A DNA stretch of 64,000 nt from a virus, in the IMG/VR virus record IMGVR_UViG_3300042946_001661, positions 1 to 64,000 of that record, one strand, 5' to 3'. Shown in pieces: positions 47,314 to 57,728 of the stretch. Under the pieces are notes generated by a model, which saw only the letters and a list, made by a program, of their open reading frames with translations, made no database searches and was not told the DNA's origin. Made by a program: the position numbers and the translations under genes. Within the stretch, counting starts at the first letter, position 1; each line of letters starts with the position of its first letter.

Positions 47314-48285
47314 TTAAAACAGATCTTCTTCAGAAAAACTTTGAGATTTTTTAGAGTACTCTGTCACTCTTGAATGAAAAAAATCTGTGGAGTTGTTTCC
47401 TAAAACCTGCTCTTCAAACCAAGTTGTTTTTGAAAGCACTTCTTTATCAACATCAAATATTTTATTATAACCAATTTGTTTTAAAGAATCATTCATTCTA
47501 TTTTTCACAAACTCTTTTAATATATTTGAATTTAATTTTTCAGAAACATATCCATTCACAATCCACTCTATTATTTGCATTTCATATTTTACAGCTTCTT
47601 TAGATTCACTTAATATTTTTTCTTCAAGCTCTTTATCAAATAATTCTGGGTGTTCTTTTCTTATTACATTGATGATCTTCATTCCTATCATTGCATGAAG
47701 ATTTTCTTCTCTTGAAGTATATTCTACTTGTTTATTAGTATCCTTTAATAAATTTTTATACCTACCGAACCAACTTATAGTATAAAACTGGGAGAAAAGA
47801 GCTATATTCTCAACAAATAAAGTGAAAAGTATTAAAGAATAAATAAATTGTTTTTTATTATCTGAGTGGAATCTACGCAGATGTTTTCTTAGATAATTAA
47901 CTCTTCCTTTAATAATATCTAATTCTAAAATATTATCAAAAGCATCATCTATTCCAAGAACTTCAAGAAGACGCTCATAAGCATCTCCATGAATTACCTC
48001 TGTGTTTGCCATAACGTAACCCATATCGTTAATGCTGGGGTGGGGTAGGTTATCACCTAATTTAGCCCAAAACTTCTTAACGCTTATTTCAAGTTGTCCA
48101 ATTGTAGCCAAGGCTCTTGTGATTATTTCTCTTTCTTGTTCAGTAAGAGAAACCTTAAAATCTTGTATGTCGCTTTGAAAATTAAATTCTTTATCTGTCC
48201 AGAACCCATTATGCATACTAGCAATAAAATCTTGTGTCCATGGATAATGATCTGGCTTCCTGCTAATTTGTTCGTCGAATATCAT
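47314..48285 (-). CDS. nrdB: Ribonucleotide reductase beta subunit
   Basis: FW, E.IH..AY, VE...LFSQF, EE.LH, DFF..R..EY. Confidence 0.96.
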   Translation of the reverse strand: MIFDEQISRKPDHYPWTQDFIASMHNGFWTDKEFNFQSDIQDFKVSLTEQEREIITRALATIGQLEISVKKFWAKLGDNLPHPSINDMGYVMANTEVIHGDAYERLLEVLGIDDAFDNILELDIIKGRVNYLRKHLRRFHSDNKKQFIYSLILFTLFVENIALFSQFYTISWFGRYKNLLKDTNKQVEYTSREENLHAMIGMKIINVIRKEHPELFDKELEEKILSESKEAVKYEMQIIEWIVNGYVSEKLNSNILKEFVKNRMNDSLKQIGYNKIFDVDKEVLSKTTWFEEQVLGNNSTDFFHSRVTEYSKKSQSFSEEDLF

Positions 48286-48417
48286 AATAAAAATCTCCTA
48301 GTTTTTCTCTTAGCAGTTATCTAATGTTCTAAGTGTTAAAAATTTTTTTTATTAATTTTTGCCTTAAAAATAGATATTTTTAACGGTTCAGGATTATACA
48401 ATTTTATAAGATTCTGA

Positions 48418-50424
48418 TCAATCGGATGATTTATTTTCATCGACTTCTAGTTTTGATATTCCGTTTTCCATTTTTAATTTAATAGTATCACAACCAGAAA
48501 GCATGTTTAATAGATCTATATCATGGGTGGTTATAAAAATTTGTCTTTGTTCCGATAGTTCGCAAATCATATTGTATATTCCTTGAACTCCCACTGGATC
48601 TATGTTAGTCGTAACCTCATCTAAAAAACATAAACTTGGACAAGTGTTGTTGACCAACATCATTATGTGTGCAAAACTTTGACTAACAGCTAGATTTAGC
48701 CTTCTTTTTTGACCCGCACTCATTGTGTAGTAGAAAAATTCTACATTTTCTTCTAAGTTTTTGTGTATGGTTTCTTCTAGTTCGTTATTAAATTCAATTT
48801 TAATTCTATTGTCGTCCAACACTTGCATCCAGTATTCTAGCCTACTGTTTAATGCTGGAATAATGCTGTCTACGACCCATTTTCTGATTCCGGAGTCTCC
48901 AAAAGCTTCTGTCCAGAATTCGTAATATGGAATATGCTTTTCTATATCTTTTATGTTTTTTTGTTTTTTTTCTAAATTATCTTTAGATTTGTCTAAGTCG
49001 TTTTTCAATTCATTTATTATATCTTTGTAGGGACTATTTTCATAAATTTCTTTATACTTTTTAGCTTCCTCTTTCATCAATTCTATTTCTTTTTCTATTA
49101 CATTTTTAGAATTATTGGACTCAGGTTCTTTTACAGAACTTAATTTTATAAATTCACTTCTAAGTTTTGATATAGAAGATTCAAGATCCTTTTCTTTTTT
49201 ACAAATATCTTTAAAAGAAGTTTCTTTTTCTTTTAAAGATTCGCTTTCCTTAGAAAAATCTAATTCTAAAATATCTTTCAATATTTTATCAATTTCAGAT
49301 TGAATAGACTCATTTGATTTTTCATATTTTTTAATTACACCCTTATAATTTTCTGGGTTTATTTCACCATAACAGTTTTTACAAACTTGACCTGTCTTGT
49401 TGCTTTTTAACAATAATATTTCTTTATTATTTTTTTCAACTTCTGTTGTTTTTACACGCTTATCAAATTCAAGATTTTTTATATTTTCTTTGTTAGAATT
49501 TATTTTTTTATTAAGAGAGTCAATATCAATTTTTAAATTATTCTTTTGCTCAGATATTTTTTTAAACTCTAAACTTTCTGTTTCTATTTTTTTATTTACT
49601 TCTACAGATTTGGACCTAGATACTTGATAATTTTTTAACTCTTCATCATCATTTAAATTTTCAAGTAATTTTTCTTTTTCTTTTATTTTAGATATTATGT
49701 TTTTGATTTCGTTTTGTCTATCTAATTTCCACTTTTTTTCAGTCTGTAAAGAGTTTTCTATTTTATTTTCAATAGATTTATTGTTATTTAATATTAGTTC
49801 ATATTCATTAGAAAGTTGTTTTAAATTAGATTTATTTTCTTTTAATAATATCTTACTGTTTTCAAATCTTTGTTTATAAACAGAAAGAGAAAGTAAATCT
49901 TCAATTATTTCTCTTTTTTCGGGAACCGTTGCCTCTAGAAAACAATTTACTTGATCATCGGTAAACACTGAAGTGCTTAAAAATGATTCATAAGATAAAC
50001 CTATTATCTCTTCTATTCTTTGTTGTGTGTCCTGACTTTTCCCTTGTGTGTATTCATCCCATTTATCACCATCAAATTCCCATAATTTAAGATAATCTGG
50101 TGATCTTCCTCTTTGAATTTTATATTTATCAAAGACAACTTCGGTCTTGCAACCTTTTTTATAAATGTTGTGAATTACATCATTTTTATTAAGTTTTTTT
50201 GGATTTTTAATAGTTTTTCCATACAAAGTCCAAACTATTATTTCTTGGATACTACTTTTACCAGAACCATTGCTACTTTCTTTGGTGTTGGCATCTTTGT
50301 AGTCTATATTTTCTCCCTTAATCAATATTATATTTCCTAGTGACTCAAAATCTATTTTTATTCCCTCTGGTCCGAATGGGAGGAAGTTTTGAGCCGATGC
50401 ACTTTTAAATTTTAAATTTTTCAT
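48418..50424 (-). CDS. sbcC: SbcC/Rad50/gp46 recombination ATPase
   Basis: NGSGKS, CKNC zinc hook, SAGQ signature, LDE, TH. Confidence 0.92.
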   Translation of the reverse strand: MKNLKFKSASAQNFLPFGPEGIKIDFESLGNIILIKGENIDYKDANTKESSNGSGKSSIQEIIVWTLYGKTIKNPKKLNKNDVIHNIYKKGCKTEVVFDKYKIQRGRSPDYLKLWEFDGDKWDEYTQGKSQDTQQRIEEIIGLSYESFLSTSVFTDDQVNCFLEATVPEKREIIEDLLSLSVYKQRFENSKILLKENKSNLKQLSNEYELILNNNKSIENKIENSLQTEKKWKLDRQNEIKNIISKIKEKEKLLENLNDDEELKNYQVSRSKSVEVNKKIETESLEFKKISEQKNNLKIDIDSLNKKINSNKENIKNLEFDKRVKTTEVEKNNKEILLLKSNKTGQVCKNCYGEINPENYKGVIKKYEKSNESIQSEIDKILKDILELDFSKESESLKEKETSFKDICKKEKDLESSISKLRSEFIKLSSVKEPESNNSKNVIEKEIELMKEEAKKYKEIYENSPYKDIINELKNDLDKSKDNLEKKQKNIKDIEKHIPYYEFWTEAFGDSGIRKWVVDSIIPALNSRLEYWMQVLDDNRIKIEFNNELEETIHKNLEENVEFFYYTMSAGQKRRLNLAVSQSFAHIMMLVNNTCPSLCFLDEVTTNIDPVGVQGIYNMICELSEQRQIFITTHDIDLLNMLSGCDTIKLKMENGISKLEVDENKSSD

Positions 50425-51476
50425 TGAACCTTATACTCACAGATTTTTTTACCAATTTTAACAAGCAAGTCTTTGTCTAAACTTACTTTAGATTGACTAA
50501 CATATTTCTCAAGCATTTCTTTTTCATCATACACAACATCTTTAATATCTTCTGTAGGTTTGTTTTTCTTGGAAATATTTTGTTTTATTTTAAAATCAAC
50601 TATTTTATTTTCGTTTAACAAATCTTTCTTCAACTTTATTATATCAACATTAGACATATCATCAACGAGAAGGTGTACAAAATTTCCGTTTAAGTCATAC
50701 TTTTTAACATCTTCTTTTGTTAATATAAAATGCTTTGGACTAAAATCATTTTTGATATATTTTTTCTTTCTTGTTTTAGAGTCTAACAATATTAGATGCT
50801 TATCCTCAAAAGCTTCTCCAAAACTTAATTGTAATGGGGAGCCAATATATTCTACTTTAGCATTAACTTTTTGTTCAGAATGAAAATGTCCTAAAAATAC
50901 TTGTTCATATTCCATGAAAAGATCAGTGTCTACTGAAACCATATCTCCTTCATGCTCAACAACAATATCGCTAGAATATTTACCTACATGCATTTTTGCT
51001 TGATTTAAAGCAATATGTCCAATTAAACATTGTTTTTCACCTTCAAGTGAATTTAATGTTTTCAAACTACTTACTGGATTTTGGGTAAAAGGAAGAAAAT
51101 CCCAATTTAAACCATCTATTTCGAACCTAGAGGGTTTTGAGATTACTTTAACACCTTTGATTGATGAAAATGGATGGACGCTACTTATATCTGTGTTTTC
51201 ATAAAACCAAAGATCATGATTTCCAAGTAAAAACCAAATATTAATATTGGTATCTTTTATGCTATTTTTAAGAGTATCATAAGCTCTGTGGTATGTGTAG
51301 ATATCAATTTTCTGACGATCATGAAAAAAATCTCCACCAAATAATATATTTTTTACATTATTTTCTTTAGCTACATTAAAGACCCAGGGTATTATTTTTA
51401 AACAATCCTCAAGTCTTTCTAAGCTTTTTTTATGAGGATGAATATGAAGATCGCTAAACAACAATATATTTGCCAT
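50421..51476 (-). CDS. sbcD: SbcD/Mre11/gp47 nuclease
   Basis: SDLH, GD.F, GNHD, GH, GHFH, YIGSP. Confidence 0.92.
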   Translation of the reverse strand: MANILLFSDLHIHPHKKSLERLEDCLKIIPWVFNVAKENNVKNILFGGDFFHDRQKIDIYTYHRAYDTLKNSIKDTNINIWFLLGNHDLWFYENTDISSVHPFSSIKGVKVISKPSRFEIDGLNWDFLPFTQNPVSSLKTLNSLEGEKQCLIGHIALNQAKMHVGKYSSDIVVEHEGDMVSVDTDLFMEYEQVFLGHFHSEQKVNAKVEYIGSPLQLSFGEAFEDKHLILLDSKTRKKKYIKNDFSPKHFILTKEDVKKYDLNGNFVHLLVDDMSNVDIIKLKKDLLNENKIVDFKIKQNISKKNKPTEDIKDVVYDEKEMLEKYVSQSKVSLDKDLLVKIGKKICEYKVQ

Positions 51477-51527
51477 GAAATTTTTATATCATGTTTCAAA
51501 CTTAAATTCCAGTATTATTTTTGATCA

Positions 51528-51659
51528 TCATTCTGAAAACATCTTCTCAGCCAACTTGACCCAAAGACAGATCAAATACAGCATTAACGGCACCCAAATA
51601 GGGACGAGCAATAAAATAACAAACCACCACGGAACACCGAACACAAGAATTGGCATCAT
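51528..51659 (-). CDS. 43-aa very hydrophobic membrane peptide
   Basis: Manual translation MMPILVFGVPWWFVILLLVPIWVPLMLYLICLWVKLAEKMFSE; GAGGAG SD; overlaps the upstream stop. Confidence 0.6.
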   Translation of the reverse strand: MMPILVFGVPWWFVILLLVPIWVPLMLYLICLWVKLAEKMFSE

Positions 51660-52033
51660 CCCTCCTCATATTCTTTTTGTTTTTGATCTTTTTGATCTTT
51701 TTTATCCTCTTCTTTTGATCCTCCTAAAATTCTTTCTAATACATCCCAAATATTGTTACTTTTCAAACCTTGTGGTTTCATACCAGCAGCACCAGTTGCA
51801 CCAGGTCCACCTAAACCACCTAAATCCATTGAAGGTCCACCGGGAGGTCCGCCCATTCCCATAGGTGGTCCTCCACTAAAACCTGGGGGCGGTCCTCCAG
51901 CACCTAAATCAGGAATTGAACCTAAATCTCCTGCGGGAGCGGCTGGGGCTGATCCTCCGGGTGATCCTCCAGATGGAGGAGGTGGAGCAGCATCTGCTTC
52001 TTTTAAAAGTTTGTATTTTGAATATGAAATCAT
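51656..52033 (-). CDS. Gly/Pro-rich disordered protein
   Basis: Probable start ATG 52033 (MISYSKYKLLKEA). Confidence 0.7.
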   Translation of the reverse strand: MISYSKYKLLKEADAAPPPPSGGSPGGSAPAAPAGDLGSIPDLGAGGPPPGFSGGPPMGMGGPPGGPSMDLGGLGGPGATGAAGMKPQGLKSNNIWDVLERILGGSKEEDKKDQKDQKQKEYEEG

Positions 52034-52051
52034 AATAATATATATTATATT

Positions 52052-52459
52052 ATGAAAAGTTTTAAAACTTGGCTTGAAGAAGAACAACCAATATCAATTC
52101 AACCTGGACTTGTCGGTGGTCCTCTTGACACTCCAAAAAAATCTTGGAGTGGAAAGAAAAAAGAAATAATAAATTTTTGGAAAGCACTGCCAGAAATGCC
52201 ATTGTTGGTTACTCCTATTCCTAATATTCATAAAGGATCTACATTCGCTGAGGACGGCATCAGAATTACTGGAAGTCCTAACTATATTTATAGCGTTTTA
52301 ACTCGTTTAAAAGATTTTTTACCATTGGAGTCCGATACAACCAAGCTTCAACTTTTGTTTAGAGAATCAGATAAAATTAATCCAAACCGTCCAAATAAAA
52401 AATCTTATGCTTTTTATATACAAGTAAAACAAAGAGGCGGAAAAACCCAGCAATCTTAG
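52052..52459 (+). CDS. Hypothetical protein with capsid-targeting-like N-terminus
   Basis: MKSFKTWLEEE. Confidence 0.75.
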   Translation: MKSFKTWLEEEQPISIQPGLVGGPLDTPKKSWSGKKKEIINFWKALPEMPLLVTPIPNIHKGSTFAEDGIRITGSPNYIYSVLTRLKDFLPLESDTTKLQLLFRESDKINPNRPNKKSYAFYIQVKQRGGKTQQS

Positions 52460-52513
52460 TATTTCTATTTTACTCTCAAGAGGCTATAATGAGTTTTTTG
52501 AGAAAATATTTTT

Positions 52514-53575
52514 ATGATAGAAATAACCAATGAGCAAAAAGATGTCATTAGAGGAGTTTTAAAAGATTTAAAAAACAAACAATACGTCACACTGGGTGGT
52601 TATGCTGGGACTGGTAAAAGCACAATAATAAACATACTTAAAAACAAATTAAGTAATTTTGCAGTAGGAGCATACACAGGAAAAGCTGCAAATGTTTTGC
52701 GTCTTAAAGGAATGGGTGATGCCAGAACAATTCACAATTTAATTTATTATCCTGTAAAAGAGGAAGAAGAAACCATTTGGCTAAAATGTCCTTATGTAGA
52801 ATTTGATGGATTCATAATTGACGAAGCAAGCATGGTCAGCAGAGAGATTCATGAAGATTTAATGAGTTATAGAAAACCAATTATTTATATTGGAGATCAT
52901 GGACAACTAGAGCCTATCGGAAGCAAATTTAATTTAATGCAAAATCCAGATTATAGACTGGAAACAATCCATAGAAATGCTGGAGATATAGCCTATTTTG
53001 CCGATCATCTTAGGCAAGGAAACTGTCCTAAGAAATTTGAATCTTCAAATAAAGTTAAAATAATTAATAAATCTATCATAGAAGATGATCATTTATTAAA
53101 AGCAGAGCAAGTAATATGTGCTTTTAATAAAACAAGAGTTTCAATAAATAATAGGGTTAGAAATTCTCTAAATCTACAAGAAGTAATAAATATAGGCGAA
53201 AAAATAATTTGCCTTAGAAATAATAGAAAGCTACAACTTTTTAATGGAATGCAAGGCATAGTCACAGAGCTTCACAAATTTCATAGATTTAGTTTTATAT
53301 CTGGCGATGCTCTGTACTCTAACATGCTTTATGATTATAATCAATTTGGTAAAGAAAAGAATGAGTTTGAATTTTTAAGTGATGAAAATCCTTTTGATTA
53401 TGCTTATGCTATCACAACACACAAGAGTCAAGGCGATAGCTTTAATTCAGTGATAGTTTTTGAAGAAAAATGCGACAAATGGTGCCATAAAAGATGGAGT
53501 TATACGGCAGCAAGCAGAGCGAAAAAATTACTTATTTGGGCAATTTCAGAAAGATATAAACCGAGTTATTTATGA
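52514..53575 (+). CDS. RecD/Dda-like SF1B helicase
   Basis: GYAGTGKS, TGKAA, DEASM, GDHGQL, AITTHKSQG, YTA.SRA. Confidence 0.92.
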   Translation: MIEITNEQKDVIRGVLKDLKNKQYVTLGGYAGTGKSTIINILKNKLSNFAVGAYTGKAANVLRLKGMGDARTIHNLIYYPVKEEEETIWLKCPYVEFDGFIIDEASMVSREIHEDLMSYRKPIIYIGDHGQLEPIGSKFNLMQNPDYRLETIHRNAGDIAYFADHLRQGNCPKKFESSNKVKIINKSIIEDDHLLKAEQVICAFNKTRVSINNRVRNSLNLQEVINIGEKIICLRNNRKLQLFNGMQGIVTELHKFHRFSFISGDALYSNMLYDYNQFGKEKNEFEFLSDENPFDYAYAITTHKSQGDSFNSVIVFEEKCDKWCHKRWSYTAASRAKKLLIWAISERYKPSYL

Positions 53576-54987
53576 CAAAACTTATTTTACAAAATGATTT
53601 TAGCTACCTAGTTTCAGAAGACAATAGTTTAAAAAGTTTGCTATCTAGTAGTTTGAAATTTAGAGAAAAAAATTATTTTCATAACAGAAGATATAAAATG
53701 AAAATATGGGATGGATATGTAGATTTCTTTCAAAAAGAAAATGGAAAGTTTCTTACTGGGTTGCTTCCAGAAATTAAAGCAGTTCTTAAAAAGAAAGATA
53801 TAAACTATGAAATAGAAGACAAAAGAACAAAAATAAATTTTTTATATGACTCTGTTGATAATAAGTTCGGCAGTAGGTGGGTTAAAAATAAAAAAATAGA
53901 TTTATATGATTATCAAGTCGATTTTATAAATCAAGTTATAAAACATAATAGAGGAGTAATATTTGCTCCTACGAGCAGTGGCAAGTCTGCCACTATGGTT
54001 GGAATACTTAAAACAATAATACCCGGAACTAAAATTTTAGTTTTGCAAAACAGACTTAGTCTAGCTGTACAAAACTATGAAGAGATATGTAATTGGGGCT
54101 TTGAAAATGTTGGAAGATTGTGGTCAGGAAAAAATGAACCCAATATAATAACAGTGGCTAATGTTCAGAGTATAATAAAAATAGAAAAACAACTTTCTGA
54201 TGTTGAAGTTTTAATTGTTGATGAAATTCACGATATGATGAGTAAACTTCCAAAGGCGGTCTATAGGCGATTAAAAAATTGTTCTGTTCGTGTTGCGATG
54301 AGTGCAACTCCATTCAAATTTGGAGAAACAGATAAAGTCCAAAAATATTATGTTAAGGGATTTTTTGGACCTGTTTTAAAAACAACAACAACAGAAAACG
54401 GTATTCTTACTACTCAAGAATTGCAAAATAGAAATATTTTATCAAAAAGTAAATGTATATTTTATGAAATAAATGATCCTAAAGATATACAATACGATAT
54501 ATATATCGATGCTGTTACTCGTGGAATAGCTGAAAATCACAACTTCCACAAAATTGTTAAAAATTTAGTTAGTTCTTTAAGTGGAAGAACGTTAGTTCTT
54601 GTCGATAGAATTGCCCATGGAGATATGTTAAAAACTTTAATGCCCGACAGTATTTGGGTTCAAGGTAAAGATAATATAAAAACAAGAAAAGAAGCAATAG
54701 AAATATTAAAAAAGAGTAAAACCGACGTAACCATTTTAGCAACACAACAAATTTTTAATACTGGCGTTAGTTTCTTTTGTCATAATTTAATCAATGCTGC
54801 TGGTGGTCAAGCAGATCACATGATAGTTCAAAGAATGGGAAGAGGACTAAGAACAGCAGATGATAAAGAAATATTGAATTACTTCGACTTTTTATTTAGA
54901 ACAAATAAATATTTGGAAAAACACAGCGAAAAAAGAATAAAAATTCTAAGAAAAGAAGGACATGAGGTAGAGATTAAAAGCTTATGA
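53572..54987 (+). CDS. uvsW: UvsW-like SF2 helicase
   Basis: YQ, PTSSGKS, DEIH, SATP, QRMGRGLR. Confidence 0.85.
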   Translation: MTKLILQNDFSYLVSEDNSLKSLLSSSLKFREKNYFHNRRYKMKIWDGYVDFFQKENGKFLTGLLPEIKAVLKKKDINYEIEDKRTKINFLYDSVDNKFGSRWVKNKKIDLYDYQVDFINQVIKHNRGVIFAPTSSGKSATMVGILKTIIPGTKILVLQNRLSLAVQNYEEICNWGFENVGRLWSGKNEPNIITVANVQSIIKIEKQLSDVEVLIVDEIHDMMSKLPKAVYRRLKNCSVRVAMSATPFKFGETDKVQKYYVKGFFGPVLKTTTTENGILTTQELQNRNILSKSKCIFYEINDPKDIQYDIYIDAVTRGIAENHNFHKIVKNLVSSLSGRTLVLVDRIAHGDMLKTLMPDSIWVQGKDNIKTRKEAIEILKKSKTDVTILATQQIFNTGVSFFCHNLINAAGGQADHMIVQRMGRGLRTADDKEILNYFDFLFRTNKYLEKHSEKRIKILRKEGHEVEIKSL

Positions 54988-55379
54988 AACTCGACACAAC
55001 ATCAAGAGATAGTGATGAAAAGCTCCCAGAATGGGCAGTAATGTATTTTAACCAAGAAAGAGTTGTAGAATACCTTATAATACCTTGTATTGATGGTCTT
55101 GGAAATGAATTTTTTGCAGCTGGAGCTACTATGAGAATAGGAAGAAAAGAAAGAAGTCGTACTGATTACGATACCATGCCAGGCAGTGATTCCATCAAGT
55201 TTTTAAGCAAATTAAGACATAAGTCAAAAGAGAATGCAATATTAGAAATTGAAGAACATATAATATCTTACAGAGAAAAAGATGTTAAGCCTAAAACAAA
55301 AGAAATAGAAAAAGTTTCAATATCTGATTTTAAATCAAAAAAATTAAAACTTTTAACTTTTGAAAATCAATCTAGCTAA
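54984..55379 (+). CDS. Hypothetical protein
   Basis: ATGA-coupled ORF. Confidence 0.65.
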   Translation: MKLDTTSRDSDEKLPEWAVMYFNQERVVEYLIIPCIDGLGNEFFAAGATMRIGRKERSRTDYDTMPGSDSIKFLSKLRHKSKENAILEIEEHIISYREKDVKPKTKEIEKVSISDFKSKKLKLLTFENQSS

Positions 55380-55626
55380 CAGCTCTAACTAAATCCCCCA
55401 CAGTTTGATTGTTAGATAATATTACTTTTTCTAAACTATCTTTTGCTATATCAGATAACTCATCATAAAAATTACTATCTTTTATTTTTCTTAATAAACT
55501 TTTCTTGTTAAAGGTGTCTAGAGCCATCGATAATCCTTGATTTTTATCTAGATCTAGGTAGCTTATAAAAAAATCTTTATTTTTATCAAATTCTTTGTCT
55601 TCCACCCATAATTTAAATCTTTTCAT
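55372..55626 (-). CDS. Small protein with capsid-targeting-like N-terminus
   Basis: Start ATG 55626, MKRFKLWVED. Confidence 0.65.
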   Translation of the reverse strand: MKRFKLWVEDKEFDKNKDFFISYLDLDKNQGLSMALDTFNKKSLLRKIKDSNFYDELSDIAKDSLEKVILSNNQTVGDLVRAVS

Positions 55627-55645
55627 ATTAATATATATAAAATAT

Positions 55646-56452
55646 ATGGAAAATAAATTAGAGTTTAACAATTGGTATAAATTACAAGAATATGCAGACT
55701 ATGGATTCTCGGATATTTCAACGAGAATAATAGAAAAAGATACAAATTTTAAACCTAAGATTACAAATGTAATGTTTAAAGTTGACGAATTCTTAGATAG
55801 ACTAACTCAAATATTGAACGGAGAAAGTAAAAAAATAGTAAGAAAATGGGCTGAAGAGATAATTTGGACAGATAATAATCATTTAATGGAAACAAATGTA
55901 AACCCATTTGGATCTCTTAGGATAACAACAAGAAAGTATATCAAAGATTTAAATGGAGATGTTACACCAATTTGTAAAGATGTTTTTGATATAGATGAAA
56001 AACATAACGGAAAAGAATATGATATAGCAGAAGTTCTTTATGAACGAATTAAAAAAATAAGACAACAAAATTTTGACTATCCATTGAAAGAATATAAAGA
56101 TATTGAAAATTTAGCAGTAAACTTATATAAAGCATGTTTAAATGAATATCCTTCATATATTATGTTTCCAAAAGGTCTTAAAAAAATAAAAGAAAATTAT
56201 TATAAAGTATTTTTTGAATTTAAAGGATCTGGTGCCGGAGCACCCGGTAGTATTAGGGCAGAGCAGTTTAATATAGATTTAGCATTTGATGAAAATAAAG
56301 GTTTACTGAAGTGCTGGGGCTATAACATAGATAGCCCGATGAAACAAAGATTGTTTATAGCACAGCCTAGTGAATGGTATGAATATTTTTCTCCAAAAGA
56401 AGATAAAAATAAAATCATAAAATGCATAATCAAAACACTGATGACATATTAA
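55646..56452 (+). CDS. Hypothetical protein
   Basis: Start ATG 55646, MENKLEFNNWYKLQE. Confidence 0.7.
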   Translation: MENKLEFNNWYKLQEYADYGFSDISTRIIEKDTNFKPKITNVMFKVDEFLDRLTQILNGESKKIVRKWAEEIIWTDNNHLMETNVNPFGSLRITTRKYIKDLNGDVTPICKDVFDIDEKHNGKEYDIAEVLYERIKKIRQQNFDYPLKEYKDIENLAVNLYKACLNEYPSYIMFPKGLKKIKENYYKVFFEFKGSGAGAPGSIRAEQFNIDLAFDENKGLLKCWGYNIDSPMKQRLFIAQPSEWYEYFSPKEDKNKIIKCIIKTLMTY

Positions 56453-56453
56453 T

Positions 56454-56930
56454 ATGAAAAATTATTTAAATAAATTTTTTCCGATAGTTGTTGTTATTTT
56501 ACTCATCGCTATTCAAAATAAACAAAATTATTATAAAATAGAGAATAAAAAAGAAAATCAAAATATAAACATAAGTGAAACATATTTGAGCTTAGAAGAA
56601 GCCAAAGTTGCATCAAAAGAACTTAAAAAAGATATACTTATAATATTTGAAACAGAATGGTGTGGAACTTGTAGAAAATTTAAAGAAAGTGTTTTTGATA
56701 CAAAAGAATTAGAAAAATATATTGTATGTTTTTTAGATATAGATAAAGAAAAAGAATTAGCGGATTCTTATATAGTTAAAAGTTTACCTTATTATGTAAT
56801 TGTTAATAGTGATGGCATTGTAAAAAAAAGAGGTAGTGGATATAAGTCAAAAATTATATTTTTAAATTGGCTAAATAATAAGACTTTTAAAAACAACTTC
56901 TCTACTAGGAGCCATATCAATGGAAAATGA
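56454..56930 (+). CDS. Membrane-anchored thioredoxin-family protein
   Basis: N-terminal TM; WCGTC; SLP cis-Pro. Confidence 0.85.
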   Translation: MKNYLNKFFPIVVVILLIAIQNKQNYYKIENKKENQNINISETYLSLEEAKVASKELKKDILIIFETEWCGTCRKFKESVFDTKELEKYIVCFLDIDKEKELADSYIVKSLPYYVIVNSDGIVKKRGSGYKSKIIFLNWLNNKTFKNNFSTRSHINGK

Positions 56931-57009
56931 ATAATTTTCTATTGATATTGTTTTTATTATTTCAAAACTCAACTCTATGTTTAGCTGATAGTCGCAGCTT
57001 GAAACTATT

Positions 57010-57723
57010 TCAATCATTTTTTTCTCCTGTAAATGGTGATTCTTTAAATATTTTAAAATACAACTCTTTAATTCTATCATTGGTTCTTTCTAAATACAAG
57101 ATAGGATCTATTTTAAAATTTTTTCTAATGTATTCATAGTCATAATTGTTGTTAATATTTTTATTTAATATTATAAAATATGGATTTATTTTTCTAAGAT
57201 TAAACCAAACGATAATACTTTCTATATTTGCTTTTAAACTTTCTTCATCTATATTTTCAATATTATCTTTTAAAAAGTCTTTAGTATTATTTAATTCTTT
57301 TTCTAGTTTATATAAATTTGGAAAAGAAACATAAGTATTGACACTATCATTTTTAGTTTTTATTAACCTAATCTTGTATGCCTGCCATCTTTTCCAAGCT
57401 TTATCCCCACATATACAATTTGCATCAACTACTAATTCTCTATTGTATTTTTGAGATAAATATTTTAATATTATAAGCTGTGCTCTTATGTAGTTTTCAT
57501 AGTTTTTTTCTTCTAGCGGATTTTCTCTTTGTAATTTGTAACAATACCGGAAAATTGTAAGACTTCTTGGATCTTTATTTTCATTAAATTTACCATGACG
57601 CATATCAGGAAATATTTTTCTTATATTTATAATCCAATAATAATAAAGAGTCAACGCTCTTATTTCTTGTTTATCTTCTATATTATATTTTTTAATTATA
57701 TTAAAAATATAGTTTTCAGACAT
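57010..57723 (-). CDS. Hypothetical protein
   Basis: 237-aa ORF with a strong sigma70-like promoter. Confidence 0.7.
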   Translation of the reverse strand: MSENYIFNIIKKYNIEDKQEIRALTLYYYWIINIRKIFPDMRHGKFNENKDPRSLTIFRYCYKLQRENPLEEKNYENYIRAQLIILKYLSQKYNRELVVDANCICGDKAWKRWQAYKIRLIKTKNDSVNTYVSFPNLYKLEKELNNTKDFLKDNIENIDEESLKANIESIIVWFNLRKINPYFIILNKNINNNYDYEYIRKNFKIDPILYLERTNDRIKELYFKIFKESPFTGEKND

Positions 57724-57728
57724 AAACT

